From an uncultured Methanosarcinaceae archaeon (GTDB lineage: Archaea > Halobacteriota > Methanosarcinia > Methanosarcinales > Methanosarcinaceae): a DNA stretch of 64,000 nucleotides. The notes beneath the pieces were generated by a model. The model worked only from the letters and a program-made list of their open reading frames with translations, was not told the origin of the DNA and did no database searches. Shown here piece after piece: positions 21,513 through 32,954 of the stretch (positions within the stretch are counted from its first letter, which is position 1; every line of letters begins with the position of its first letter). Both the position numbers and the translations under genes were made by a program. The DNA lies in the NCBI GenBank assembly GCA_963727895.1, contig CAVSHT010000003.1, forward strand, positions 267,592 to 331,591. Direction: 5' to 3'.

Positions 21513-23882
21513 CTACTGCATCAGTTCTAGTTTGCATAATTTTTCTTTCAAGCTCAAGTTTGGGTTGTAATAAGGGTCTCCCGTTTCTAGAAAAGTCCTG
21601 TAAGGTTCTAAAATTTTCTGTATATCAGTGGGAGAGATCTCTTTTTTTCTTGAACTTATTCCAAGCTGATATACAGATACTGTTCCAACGCAAAGATTCC
21701 GAAAACCTTTTTTATGTACCCTCAAGCATAAATCGATATCGTTTCCATATTCTTTTATGCTTTCATCAAATCCGTCTGCTTGGGAAAACTTCTTTTTGTT
21801 TATCATCAAGCATTCTCCACTAACTGCAAGGTAATCCCTGGACCATGTATCCAAACCAAAGTTAGTCCAGTTGTTTTCAGGATTACCTGAAAAAACATCG
21901 TATTTCTCGCCGTTCAGACCTAATATGATTCCTGCCTGTTTAATTGTGCCATCAACGTTGAGAATTTTCGGACAAACACAACCTATGTCTTCTCTTCCTG
22001 CGTTTTTCAATAGAGAAATTAGCCATTTTTTATTAGTGGTTTCTATTCTGCTATTTATAAATAATAGATAATCTCCACTGGACTTCTCTGCAGCAAAATT
22101 ATTTATGACAGATGCATTCCAGGATTCATCATACGTTAATACTTTTATTTCAGGTTGTTTGTTTGAAGGAGCAAAATTAATTGATAATTGTTTTTCTTTC
22201 TTTTTAGGCACCATGAGTAATACTTCATATCTGGTCTCTTCTGCGTTTTTGATAATGCTGTGAATACATTTTTTAACATGCACATTATCATCAAAATGAA
22301 TAATAATTGAGACCAGTGGGAACCCTTTTATCTCGTAATCTACCTGGTAATTTGTCCTATTTATAGTATCAGATGCTTTTCCACCTATTTTTTTCCGATC
22401 CAAGTAATCCTCTAATGACCTGATACCGTTAATCTGTGCTTTATCTTTAGAGAAAATGTTTAATGCAGTTGAGCCTGGAATCATTCGCCAATGATATAGT
22501 ATTTTTGGTATATGTTCAACATGATTTGTTTTTTCTGCAATTCTTAAAAATAGATCGTAGTCCTGGCTTCCTTCAAAACCTATTCTGAATCTTCCTACTT
22601 CGTCTACAATTGTTTTTCTGATTACTGCAAAATGACAAACATAATTTACTGAGAATAATACATCAGGAGACCAACCAGGCTTGAAAAAAGGGTTGCATCT
22701 ATTTCCGTTCATATCAATTTTGTCTTCATCACTGTAAATCAGATCAATATCAAATTTTTTGTTCAGTACTTTTACAACTTCATAAAGGGCATCAACGCTT
22801 AATTCATCATCGTTATCGAGTAATCCTATAAATTCACCAGTAGCTAAAAGTAGAGCTTCGTTTGAAGCTCCCGAAATACCGCGATTACTGCTCAAATACT
22901 TTACTTTAATGCGGGAATCCAGGTCTGAATATTTGTTTAGAGTGGATTTTATATGAGCTTTTGGAGAGGCATCGTCTGCTATGCATAGTTCCCAGTTAGT
23001 ATATATTTGATTTCTAACAGAATCAATCGCTTTCTCAAGCCAGATTTTGTCCACATTATAAACTGGCATTATTATGCTTATCTTGGGTTTATATGCAAAG
23101 TTTTGTGCTTCCTCTCTATATTTTTCTATTTTTGTGGCAGTTAGATTATTTTTTAACATCCATAAATCATATTCATATTGTATTCCTAGGTCTGAGTATG
23201 CCTGAAAACCAATTTTGCCATTTAGGTTGTAACTGTCATAAAATAACATTAATTCTTTTGTTTCATCTGTTTTTTCATAAGGGACTGAAGTCGTGGATTC
23301 ACCTCTGGATTCCAGTCTAAAATAAAAGACTCTATCTTTACTCTCTTTTATCGGTTTAAATTTAAATGAAGTACAGTCGTTATTTCTAATTTCAGCACTT
23401 TTTACTATAGATTCTCTTATTACCACTCTTTTTTCATTAATTATTTGCAGTTTAAGTCTGGAATTTTCTTTTCGAGAATTGGTTGTAAATATCTTTATTT
23501 TGTTCAGGTTGTTTGATGGAAAATTGAACTCTCCCTGCAAGGTTTTAACAAGAGAAATACCGCCATCAGATTTACTGATTTTTGATTCAAAAATTGGGAT
23601 TTCTGAAGATTTGATATAATTCTTAAAATTATGATTTTTAACTTGATGAATTAATAATTCTAAACCTTCGTGTTTGAGTATCTGGACATTTAAAATAGCA
23701 AAGTCATATATTTCTCTTCTTTTTGTATTAAGAGGTAATTGTTTACTTATCAAACCTTGAAGTTTAGTTAACGCTTGCAGTAAAAAAGACCTGTAAGTTT
23801 CTTTAATTTTATTTTTTATCATCCAGAGGTTATCAAACTCTGAACTTCTATTTTTTTTATTGTCCATTAAATCACAACTCAA
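21513..23882 (-). CDS. Large GT2 glycosyltransferase: N-terminal extension, one intact and one degenerate GT2 domain
   Basis: ISIIMPVYN, ADDAS, LDNDD, YSDEDK, GSQDYDL, LYHWR; second domain ends DPYYNPNL. Start may be the ATG at 23867. Confidence 0.88.
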   Translation of the reverse strand: MSCDLMDNKKNRSSEFDNLWMIKNKIKETYRSFLLQALTKLQGLISKQLPLNTKRREIYDFAILNVQILKHEGLELLIHQVKNHNFKNYIKSSEIPIFESKISKSDGGISLVKTLQGEFNFPSNNLNKIKIFTTNSRKENSRLKLQIINEKRVVIRESIVKSAEIRNNDCTSFKFKPIKESKDRVFYFRLESRGESTTSVPYEKTDETKELMLFYDSYNLNGKIGFQAYSDLGIQYEYDLWMLKNNLTATKIEKYREEAQNFAYKPKISIIMPVYNVDKIWLEKAIDSVRNQIYTNWELCIADDASPKAHIKSTLNKYSDLDSRIKVKYLSSNRGISGASNEALLLATGEFIGLLDNDDELSVDALYEVVKVLNKKFDIDLIYSDEDKIDMNGNRCNPFFKPGWSPDVLFSVNYVCHFAVIRKTIVDEVGRFRIGFEGSQDYDLFLRIAEKTNHVEHIPKILYHWRMIPGSTALNIFSKDKAQINGIRSLEDYLDRKKIGGKASDTINRTNYQVDYEIKGFPLVSIIIHFDDNVHVKKCIHSIIKNAEETRYEVLLMVPKKKEKQLSINFAPSNKQPEIKVLTYDESWNASVINNFAAEKSSGDYLLFINSRIETTNKKWLISLLKNAGREDIGCVCPKILNVDGTIKQAGIILGLNGEKYDVFSGNPENNWTNFGLDTWSRDYLAVSGECLMINKKKFSQADGFDESIKEYGNDIDLCLRVHKKGFRNLCVGTVSVYQLGISSRKKEISPTDIQKILEPYRTFLETGDPYYNPNLSLKEKLCKLELMQ

Positions 23883-24262
23883 ATAGTTGCATCTGAACTA
23901 CATTTTTGAGAAAGCTACTATGTGTTTTTTTGTATGGAGTTCATTTTAAAAACAAGGAATACTTGCTTGAACAAACAGTGTTATATTTTTCATTCATTAC
24001 TAATAGGGCAGTTTTATACGATTGATTACTTAAATATACTATGGTATAAGTACTTGGAAATAGTCACAAATAATTTTTAAAGGCTTTTATGCATCTCGAA
24101 AATTATTTTGAATCATATCCTGACATTTTTCATTCAATCAAAATGACCAATAAATTGATATGGATTCATAGAGATTTGTCCTTTACCTTCAAGTCATGGA
24201 AAAATACGGATTCGGCTGCTATTTAAATAAAATAATACAAATTCAACGGAGACTCAAACTTT

Positions 24263-25268
24263 TTGAAAATCTCTATTGCTCTTTGCACCTATAATGGTGC
24301 TCAATTTTTACAGGAACAACTTGAAAGTATAGCTTCTCAGACGCGAGTTCCAGATGAAATGATTGTTTGCGATGATCTATCAAAAGACAATACATTAGAA
24401 ATCTTGAAGGAATTTGCCTCTAAAGTTTCTTTTCCTGTAAATATTTTCATTAACGAAAAAAATTTGGGTTCTACTAAAAATTTTGAAAAAGCTATCGGTT
24501 TATGTACTGGAGATATTATTTTTTTATCCGATCAGGACGATGTCTGGCATCCTGAAAAAGTGGAGAAAATTGAAAACCAGTTTTCTATTTCTCCTTCTAC
24601 AGCACTTATTTTTCACGGATGCAGAATTAGTAGACGAAAATTTAAAGCCTTTGGGATATAGTCAGTGGCAATCTAATGGATTTAATCAAAAAGAGCAAGA
24701 TTTCTTTACTCACGGTAAATTTATCGAAGTATTGCTCACACGTAATTTTGTAACTGGTTCAACAATGGCATTTCGTTCGGAATTTAAAAAACTAATTTTT
24801 CCTATTCCGAATGATTGGGTTCATGATGGATGGATATCACTATTAATTGCTTTTGCGTCCGACTTAAATCTTATCTCAGAACCTCTTATAAGATATCGTC
24901 AGCATCATATGCAGCAAGTAGGAGCTGGTGACGAAGGTTTAACTCTATATCAGAAAATTCACAGAAAAATCAATCAGCTACAAAATTTGGAGTCTGACTA
25001 CTCTAATTTTCAGCCCGAATGTATAAGATATACATTGGCATATGAACATTTAGTTAACTCTCGTTTTCCTTCCATAAAAACAAATAAAATTCCACTTCTG
25101 AAAGCTCGAGCTTCCCATTACTGTATACGTTCTCATCTGCCTGTTAGCAGGATAAAAAGAATTCCATTTATTATAAAAGAAATACTAAATATGAATTATC
25201 ACCGTTATTCTGAAGGAATATCCAGTGTTGTCGGGGATCTGCTTCGTAATAACAGTGAAATTAAGTAA
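24263..25268 (+). CDS. Glycosyltransferase family 2, frameshift near 24610 (T-run)
   Basis: CTYNG, DDLSKD, SDQDDVW in one frame; VTGSTMAF, HDGWI, YRQH in the next. Confidence 0.8.
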
Positions 25269-25291
25269 TAATCAAACATCCAGGAACAAAA

Positions 25292-26321
25292 ATGATTTCT
25301 AAGGTTTCCATTATTATTCTCAACTGGAACGGTTGGGAAGACACTATAGAATGTTTAGAGTCTATTTATCAAATAGCATATCCTCTTTACGATATCATCG
25401 TAGTCGACAATGGTTCAAAAGATGACTCTATACAAAAAATAAAAGACTATGCTGAAGGAAAAATTAAAGTTAAATCTCAATTTTTTGATTATTCTCCCGA
25501 TAATAAACCTTTCTGTTTAACAGAATTTTCAAAAAGTGAACTGGACTCCTCAGTTTCTATAAAAAAGACTATTGATAGCCTGGCTCAAAGTAAAAATTTG
25601 ATTATTATAAAAAATGATGATAATTACGGCTTTGCTGAAGGAAACAATATTGGAATTAGATTTGCTTTAAACAACCTTAATCCAGATTATGTTCTTTTAC
25701 TTAATAACGATGCAGTTGTTGATCCTTATTTTCTAAACGAACTTATTACAGTGGCAGAGAGTGATCCATTTATAGGAATACTGGGGCCAACTGTATACGA
25801 ATATAAAAGTCCCCAAGTAATTCAATCTGCGGGTGCACATATTTATTGGAACAAAGGTGAAGTAATTAACCTAACACCTTCTGAAAATAAGTATTCGGAT
25901 GAGCCTGAAAATGTCGACAGTGTAATAGGTTGTGCATTACTTGCGAAAAGTGAATTGTTTCATAAAATCGGGTATTTGAATAAAGATTATTTCGCATACC
26001 TTGAAGAGACTGAGTGGTGCGTACGTGCTTCTAAAGCATCGTACAAAATAGTTTACGTGCCAAAAGGAAAAATCTGGCACAAAGGTGGAGCCACAAGCAA
26101 TAAAATAACCGGTTTTACTCTCTATCATCATTACGAGGAATAAGTTTTGGTTTATGAAAAAACAGTCATCAAAAAAACAATATATTTCTTTTTTAATTTA
26201 TTTTTTTGGATTTCGTTTCTGGATGATCATTGTTGGCATCATGTACCGTCAAAAAAGTAAGGAAATTTTGTCGTCTTTGATGTCTTTCTTGAAAGGAATT
26301 CGAGATGGAATTCTGACTTAA
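25292..26321 (+). CDS. Glycosyltransferase family 2, frameshift near 26130
   Basis: ILNWNG, NYGFAEGNN, LLNND, YLEETEW; the C-terminus RNKFWFMKK...KGIRDGILT continues in a shifted frame. Confidence 0.8.
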
Positions 26322-26323
26322 GG

Positions 26324-27381
26324 TCATAATTCCTTATATACTTTTAATGTTTTTTTTGCAGAACTTATCCCAGCTAAACATTTTTGACCTTTTCAGTCCC
26401 TTTTTTGATCATCTCTTCTTTGAGACTCTCATTTATTAATAACTCATACATTTCTTCAGCAAATTTATTTACATCATATGGATCTGCAATTATAGCTGCG
26501 TCTCCCACAACTTCAGGTAACGACGAGGTGTTTGAAGTTATAACAGGCGTCCCGCAAGCCATTGCTTCCAGGGGAGGTATCCCGAATCCTTCATATAAAG
26601 AAGGAAATACAAACAAGTCCACAGCATTGTATATTTCTGCCAGTTCTGTCTCTGAGACATATCCTGTAAAGATGATGTCACTCTGTAAGTTCAGAGCCTC
26701 TATCTGTTTAAGGAGTTTTTTCCTTACAAACAGATAATTTGGAGTCCCTACTTTCAACAATTTTACATGTGATATCTTATTTTTTAATTTGCTGAATGAA
26801 TTTATTAGAAATTGAATATTTTTTCTAGGCTCTTCAGCTCCAACATATAAAATTACTTTGTCATCGTCACCGATATTGTATTTTAATAAACATTCTTTAC
26901 TTCGGTTTGGATAGTACAGATTATGGTCTACTGCAGGTGGTATGATCTCTATATTTTCTTCCGGATATTTTATGTATTTACTTATATCCTGTTTAGAAAA
27001 TTCAGATACTGTAATTATTCTTTCTGCCTTTTTCAATCCTTTTGCATTAAGTTTCCAGAGAGGACTTGGGGTATTGTAATATGCTATAGGTATGATATCG
27101 TGACAGGTAACAATGGTTTTTTCTAAACCAGTTAGTTCTAAAATAAATGCTAGATCCTGGCGAGTTATATTCTTGATATTATTCTTATTTACTTTCTTTT
27201 TCACAATGAACGGATAAGCAATCAATTCGACAAGTTTGTTTATTCCGGATATTTTTGATACATTGGGATATTCTATCCGATTTAATTTGATATCGGTTAA
27301 CCTGCTGTGAATCTCACTCTGATATTTTGACATTCCGAATTTTTCATCTGTTCGCAGACCGTTTATATAATCAATTTCCAT
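26324..27381 (-). CDS. Glycosyltransferase family 4 (GT-B), indels near the C-terminus
   Basis: [36 protein letters not shown]; the expected FSW...Y tail lies in a shifted frame. Confidence 0.85.
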
Positions 27382-27518
27382 AATTTAGTTCTCCAGAAAC
27401 CCGGAATGAGTTATAAAATTTATTAGAATGAGTTATAATATATTTATTAAACTTTAAAAGAGCGACTTGTTAGCGACTTATTATTCTTATTCAGAACGTT
27501 TATTCTTTACCGGATAAC

Positions 27519-28628
27519 TTAGTTTTTATTCTTTTTGTATTGTTTCTCAATTTCGGCTGAAACTTCATTCCAATCCATTATGTTTTTGTCTACTCCAAAA
27601 TCTTCTTTTATTTCTATTTTCTTAATTTCCTTGTTCTCAATTTCCTTCAGTGCTCTGGCAACTTTCTCCTTTGAAACCGGGTTCTCAATCCCAATACAGT
27701 TCTTTCCATTTACAAATTCCTCAAGCGCGCTTCCTTTTGCCACTATGCATGGAGTTCCGGCTGCCAGAGCCTCAGCAACTGTTATCCCATATGCTTCATG
27801 AGAAGAAAGCATCAAAAATATATCTGCATCTGCATAGCATTCAAGCAGTTCTTTCCTTGAAAGGTCTTTTAACCAGTCAATCCTTTCTTCCACTCCTGAA
27901 CTGTTCGCCATATTTCTAAGTTCAGCTTCGTAAGGTCCTTTCCCAACGATTCTCAATCGAAAATCTTGAAGTTCAGGCAAACTCTGGATTATATACTGTA
28001 CTCCTTTATATTCTTCCAGACGGCCTACGTAGAGAAGAATCTTTTCTCTCTCTTTTTTCTTTTTAGAATCTTTTCCTCGCTGCTTGAGATTTTCGAATTC
28101 TTTAAGGTTTACTCCGTTAGGAATTTTTACGGTTTTTGCGGCAACCTCAAAATCAGATTCAACAAGTTTCTTTTCATATTCTGAAACACATATTACGGAA
28201 TCTGCTCTGGAAAAAGTTCTCTTTCCAAGAAGCCTGTACGGCTTATGCAGTAAATCTCTGAGTGCTGTATGGCCGTGCCGGTGATAATGAGGTGTGAATA
28301 TGAATTTTCCACTATTTCTGCCAAGGGATGCAAAGAATGCAGGAAAAGCATGATAGCTATGTGCGTGAATTACATCATAATTGTGTTTTTTGAGATAAAT
28401 GTAAATTTGAGGAGCAAAATAATATGCATTTCCCGGAGCAAAAGATCTGAACCTGATAACTTTTACTCCATTTATCGTCTCTTTTTTATTCAATTTTCCC
28501 GTGGAATCAGTTGTTATAACCTCAACATCATGCCCTGCTTTAACCAGCCTTTCACTAATTTCTTTGACATGAGTTTCCACTCCTCCTATATCAGGAGAAT
28601 AACGGGGACATATCTGGGCTATTTTCAA
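27519..28628 (-). CDS. Glycosyltransferase family 4
   Basis: GGVETHV, IPNG, VGRLEEYKG, EAYGITVAEALAAG. Confidence 0.9.
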   Translation of the reverse strand: MKIAQICPRYSPDIGGVETHVKEISERLVKAGHDVEVITTDSTGKLNKKETINGVKVIRFRSFAPGNAYYFAPQIYIYLKKHNYDVIHAHSYHAFPAFFASLGRNSGKFIFTPHYHRHGHTALRDLLHKPYRLLGKRTFSRADSVICVSEYEKKLVESDFEVAAKTVKIPNGVNLKEFENLKQRGKDSKKKKEREKILLYVGRLEEYKGVQYIIQSLPELQDFRLRIVGKGPYEAELRNMANSSGVEERIDWLKDLSRKELLECYADADIFLMLSSHEAYGITVAEALAAGTPCIVAKGSALEEFVNGKNCIGIENPVSKEKVARALKEIENKEIKKIEIKEDFGVDKNIMDWNEVSAEIEKQYKKNKN

Positions 28629-28709
28629 GGCTTGAACCTCTTTTTATACTGGAATCTATGTGGAGTAATGCATTAGTTTAATATAAAGATAATGTGATAG
28701 TTTAGGCAA

Positions 28710-29865
28710 ATGACATTCAATAAAAGCATTTGCATAGTCGGACCTTCGAAACGTTTTTTGAGTGGCATCAGTTATTACACTATCCGTCTGGCAAATGCCA
28801 TGTCTGCGGACAAAGATGTCTCAGTCATCTGCTTTCGGCAGTTGCTTCCAACTTTTCTTTTTCCTGGAAAATCCCATGTTGGGAAAAATATTTCTGATTT
28901 GAATTTTTCACCTGACGATTCCTGTCTTTGACGGCATGGACTATAACAATCCACTGACATGGATTCAAGCATATCGTTTTCTTAAAAAACAGAAGCCTGA
29001 TGTTATAGTCTTGCAGTGGTGGACTTCTTCAGTTGCTCATATGCATCTTCTGCTGAAGATTTTTGCAGGTTTGCTGCATAAACCAAAAATAATTATCGAA
29101 TTTCACGAAGTTGTAGACCCTTTTGAAGAATCAATACTTCCGATCCGCTTATACTCAAAAATAACAGGAAAATTGCTTCGTAAAAACCTTGATGCGTATA
29201 TTACTCATTCCGAATCCGATAAAGAGCTTGTTGCAAAAAGATATTCTATTTCCCCTGAAAAAATTCATGTAATCCCTCATGGACTTTATGACCAGTATGG
29301 AAAATTGCTTGATACAAAAGAAGCAAGAAGAAATCTATCAATAAATGAAGACTTTGTTATACTTTCTTTCGGCTTAATTCGAAAATATAAAGGAACTCCC
29401 TACCTGATCAGTGCTTTTGAACAGTTGTCCTCCGAGATTCTAGAAAAAAGCCGGTTATTAATTGTCGGGGAAATCTGGGAAGATCGCAAGGAATTACTTG
29501 ACCAGATTGAAAATTCTCCTTTTAAAGATAAAATTACATTAGTAGACGAATATGTCCCTGACGAAAAAGTAAACTTATATTTCAGCGCTGCAGATGTGGT
29601 AGTTCTGCCTTACCTGAGAGCCTCTCAGAGTGGAATTGCGCATATCGCTATGTCTTTTGGAAAACCCGTTGTTGTTTCCGAAGTAGGTGGCTTAAAAGAA
29701 TCAATGGCTAACTATGAAGGAACTTTTTTTGTACCCCCTGGAGATGTTGATTCTATCAGGAAATCTATTCTCAGCCAGTTCGGAGAGAGAAAACATTACG
29801 AAGCTCCTGATCAGAAATGGGATAGAATTATAAACTGTTACATAGAATTAATACAATCTATTTAA
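28710..29865 (+). CDS. Glycosyltransferase family 4, frameshift near 28916
   Basis: SGISYYT...FLFPG N-terminus joins QWWT, FGLIRKYKG, PYLRASQSG, VSEVGGL. Confidence 0.83.
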
Positions 29866-29922
29866 TTTTCTTTTCCATAATTCTATCTTAATTTATAAAG
29901 TCAATTTCATAAAGGGGATACT

Positions 29923-32452
29923 ATGAGTTCTCAGGATCGTCCTGTATCGTCATTCTAAAACAAAATCAAATCCAGCTGGCCTTATACTCTGGCAGTTGCA
30001 ATAATCGGTTTTATGTCTCTATGGATCAGAATACTTCCTTCTAGATACAGTGTTCTTATCCGACGGGTCGTAATGTTTACGACTAACGATGCCTGGTTTC
30101 ATATGCGTACCTTAAACGTTCTGCTTGATAATTACCCCCACAGGATGTTTTTCAACCCAATGACTAACTATCCGAATGGAAGTTACATCCATTTTGGTCC
30201 CTTGTTCGATCAGATGATGGCCATCATCTCCCTGATTCTAGGTCTGGGAAATCCCAGTTCTCATCTCGTTGATACTGTCGGAGCTTATTTCCCTGCAGTT
30301 CTCGGCGCATTGACTGTCATTCCTGTTTACTACATCGGAAAATATCTTGGCGGTCATAAAACAGGAATTCTGGCTGCTATTTTGATTGCATTTGCTCCAG
30401 GCCAGTTTCTATCCCGTTCAATGATTGGGTTTACAGATCATCATGTCGCAGAGTCACTTTTCAGTACTTTGTTCATGATGTTTTTCATGCTGGCTTTGAT
30501 TTCTGCAAAGAAGAAAAAGCTGCGTTTTGAAGATGTATTCAATAAAAACTTCAAAGTCCTGAAAGAACCTCTTCTATACTCGGTTCTTGCTGGTGTCATG
30601 TACTCTGCTTATCAGCTTTCATGGCCAGGAGGCTCTCTCTTCTTATTAATTGTTCTTGTTTACGCCATATTCCAGTATATCTTGGATAATTTCCGTAATG
30701 AATCAAGTGATTATCTTGGATTTACAGGCATAGTCACCTGCTTAGTAAGTGCAATCCTTATCCTGCCCTTTGTCCATCCTGACATGGGTTTTTCGCTTTA
30801 TTACTACTCCTGGTTCCATGTTATTACTGCTTTCGGGGCAATGGCAGTTTTTGCGGCTTTGAGTTTCATTGAAAGGGAGTTCAAAAGAACGAAAATGAAA
30901 GCTTATTATTACCCTTTTCTGATACTCGGAGCTGGTATTCTCGGGCTTATAGTTCTCAAAATCTTATCTCCATCTCTTTATTCCCTTATTGTAAGTGCAC
31001 CAAACACTGTTTTTGGAATCCAAACGGGAGGACCGTCCACGATTGGCGAAGCTTCTTCAATATTGTTCCCATATGGTGTCTTTACTCTGTCGAAAGTTTT
31101 TGAAAATTTCACTACTACTGGATTCTATGCTTCTCTACTAGGAATGCTTATTCTCGCTGTAAACTTGATACGAAAACCAAAGTCACATGAAGTGCTGCTT
31201 CTTGTCTGGAGTATTCTTGATTTTCCTTGCGATTTACGGTCAGAACCGTTTTGCATATTACTATTCAATAAACGTTTCACTTCTGAGTGCTTATCTTGGA
31301 GGATTGCTGCTTGACAAAGTAAAATGGAACGAACTTGACCAAAAATTCAAGAGTACTGTAAAATCGCCTTCTGATCTTCCTAATGCTTTAAAATTCATCA
31401 AAGTACAGCAGGTATTTGCAGTCCTGATTATAGTGATATTTTTGATTTATCCAGTATACGGGTCTGCAATGCCATATACAAAGGTCCATACGGCACCCCT
31501 GCTGCCCTGGGTAGAAGCTTGTACCTGGCTTCGTTCAAATACTCCTGACCCAGGAATGGATTACAATGCCAGTTTATGAAGCTCCTAAAACCGGTGAACT
31601 TTTCCATTATCCTGATACAGGCATACGGTGTTATGTCCTGGTGGGATTACGGACACTACATCGAGACAATAGGACACAGGATGCCAAATGCGAATCCGTT
31701 CCAGGCAGGAATAGGAGGCCGCAGGGAAAGCATTAACGAGACAAACCAGCCAGGTGCTACAACCTTTCTTACAGCCCAATCTGAAGAAGAAGCAAGTTCA
31801 GTACTAGAAGCCATCGATCCGACGGCCTAACAAGACAGGTGCACGATACATAATGTCTGATGCCAGAATGGCTATAGGTATATTCAGCTCAATTGCTACC
31901 TGGACTCTTGATACTGAACGGATACTACCAGGCTTACTGGACAGGTAGCGGGTATCAGAGCATACCTTCGACCCGATATTTTAATTCCATGGAGGCAAAG
32001 CTGCACATTTTTGACGGAAATGGCTTGAAGCAGTATCGTATGGTTCACGAGACTGAGGCCTACCAAACTGCCGAGATAGGGTATAAACAGGTCTACAATT
32101 TCGTCTTTGGAGGAAACATTCCTGAGGTGGATACTGGTTATGTCAAGATCTTCGAGTACGTCAAAGGTGCAAAGCATAACAGGAACGGCTTCCTCCAAAT
32201 GAGACTGTTAAAATAAACACTACAATTCTTACAAATCAGGGAAGGACTTTTGACTACTCACAGTCCACAACTGTGGATTCACAGGGTCGGTATGAATTTA
32301 CAGTGCCTTATTCAACAGAAGGTCCTATTGCAGGTCAGACTAAATTCGTGACTGCACCTACAGGTCCTTATGTAGTGAGCTACGGTAATACGACAAAAGA
32401 TGTAAACGTAAGTGAAAAAGCTGTATTAAATGGAGAAGAAATAAAGGTATAA
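29923..32452 (+). CDS. aglB: Archaeal oligosaccharyltransferase AglB, copy 1 (several indels)
   Basis: NDAWFHMR, TDHHVAE, STIGE, QNRFAYY, WWDYG, VKIFEYVKGA and a C-terminal VPYSTEG domain, spread over shifted frames. Confidence 0.85.
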
Positions 32453-32954
32453 AAAAGGTATAAATCAGTAAAGAATGTATTGCTGTTCACTCTTTTCTGG
32501 AATGGTTAAGTTTAATATTCGCCCAGAATTTTCTATCTTTTCAAAAAATTTATTTTTTATATATCCATCAATTTCATATACTTTCATTTATATATCTACC
32601 AGTCAAGTATACTCTTGGATACTGTTGTCGAAGTTGTTTTACATAAAAGGGGTATTAAAAGTGGAACTAGAATCATTGCCATGTTTTTTTAAAATGTATA
32701 TTACTGTTTTCTAAGTCGAAAAACTTGAGAGAACTTGCTACCACGAAAAATGTACAAAAATTTCTAGAAAATATGAATTTATGAATACTGTCCTTATTGG
32801 CTCAGTGGAAAAGCTGTATAATACTCCTAAACATGACGAAAATATGACAATAAGGAATCATACTTAATTGACTACATAGGAACTATTATATATTTGATTT
32901 TCTTCTTCCACCTATATATTTATTGAAAACACTTACCTCTTAAAGGGGATTATT

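Noticed and set aside
21501..21515. TAG stop of the large GT2 as a read-through site
   Set aside because: Read-through adds only Pyl plus three residues before a TGA.
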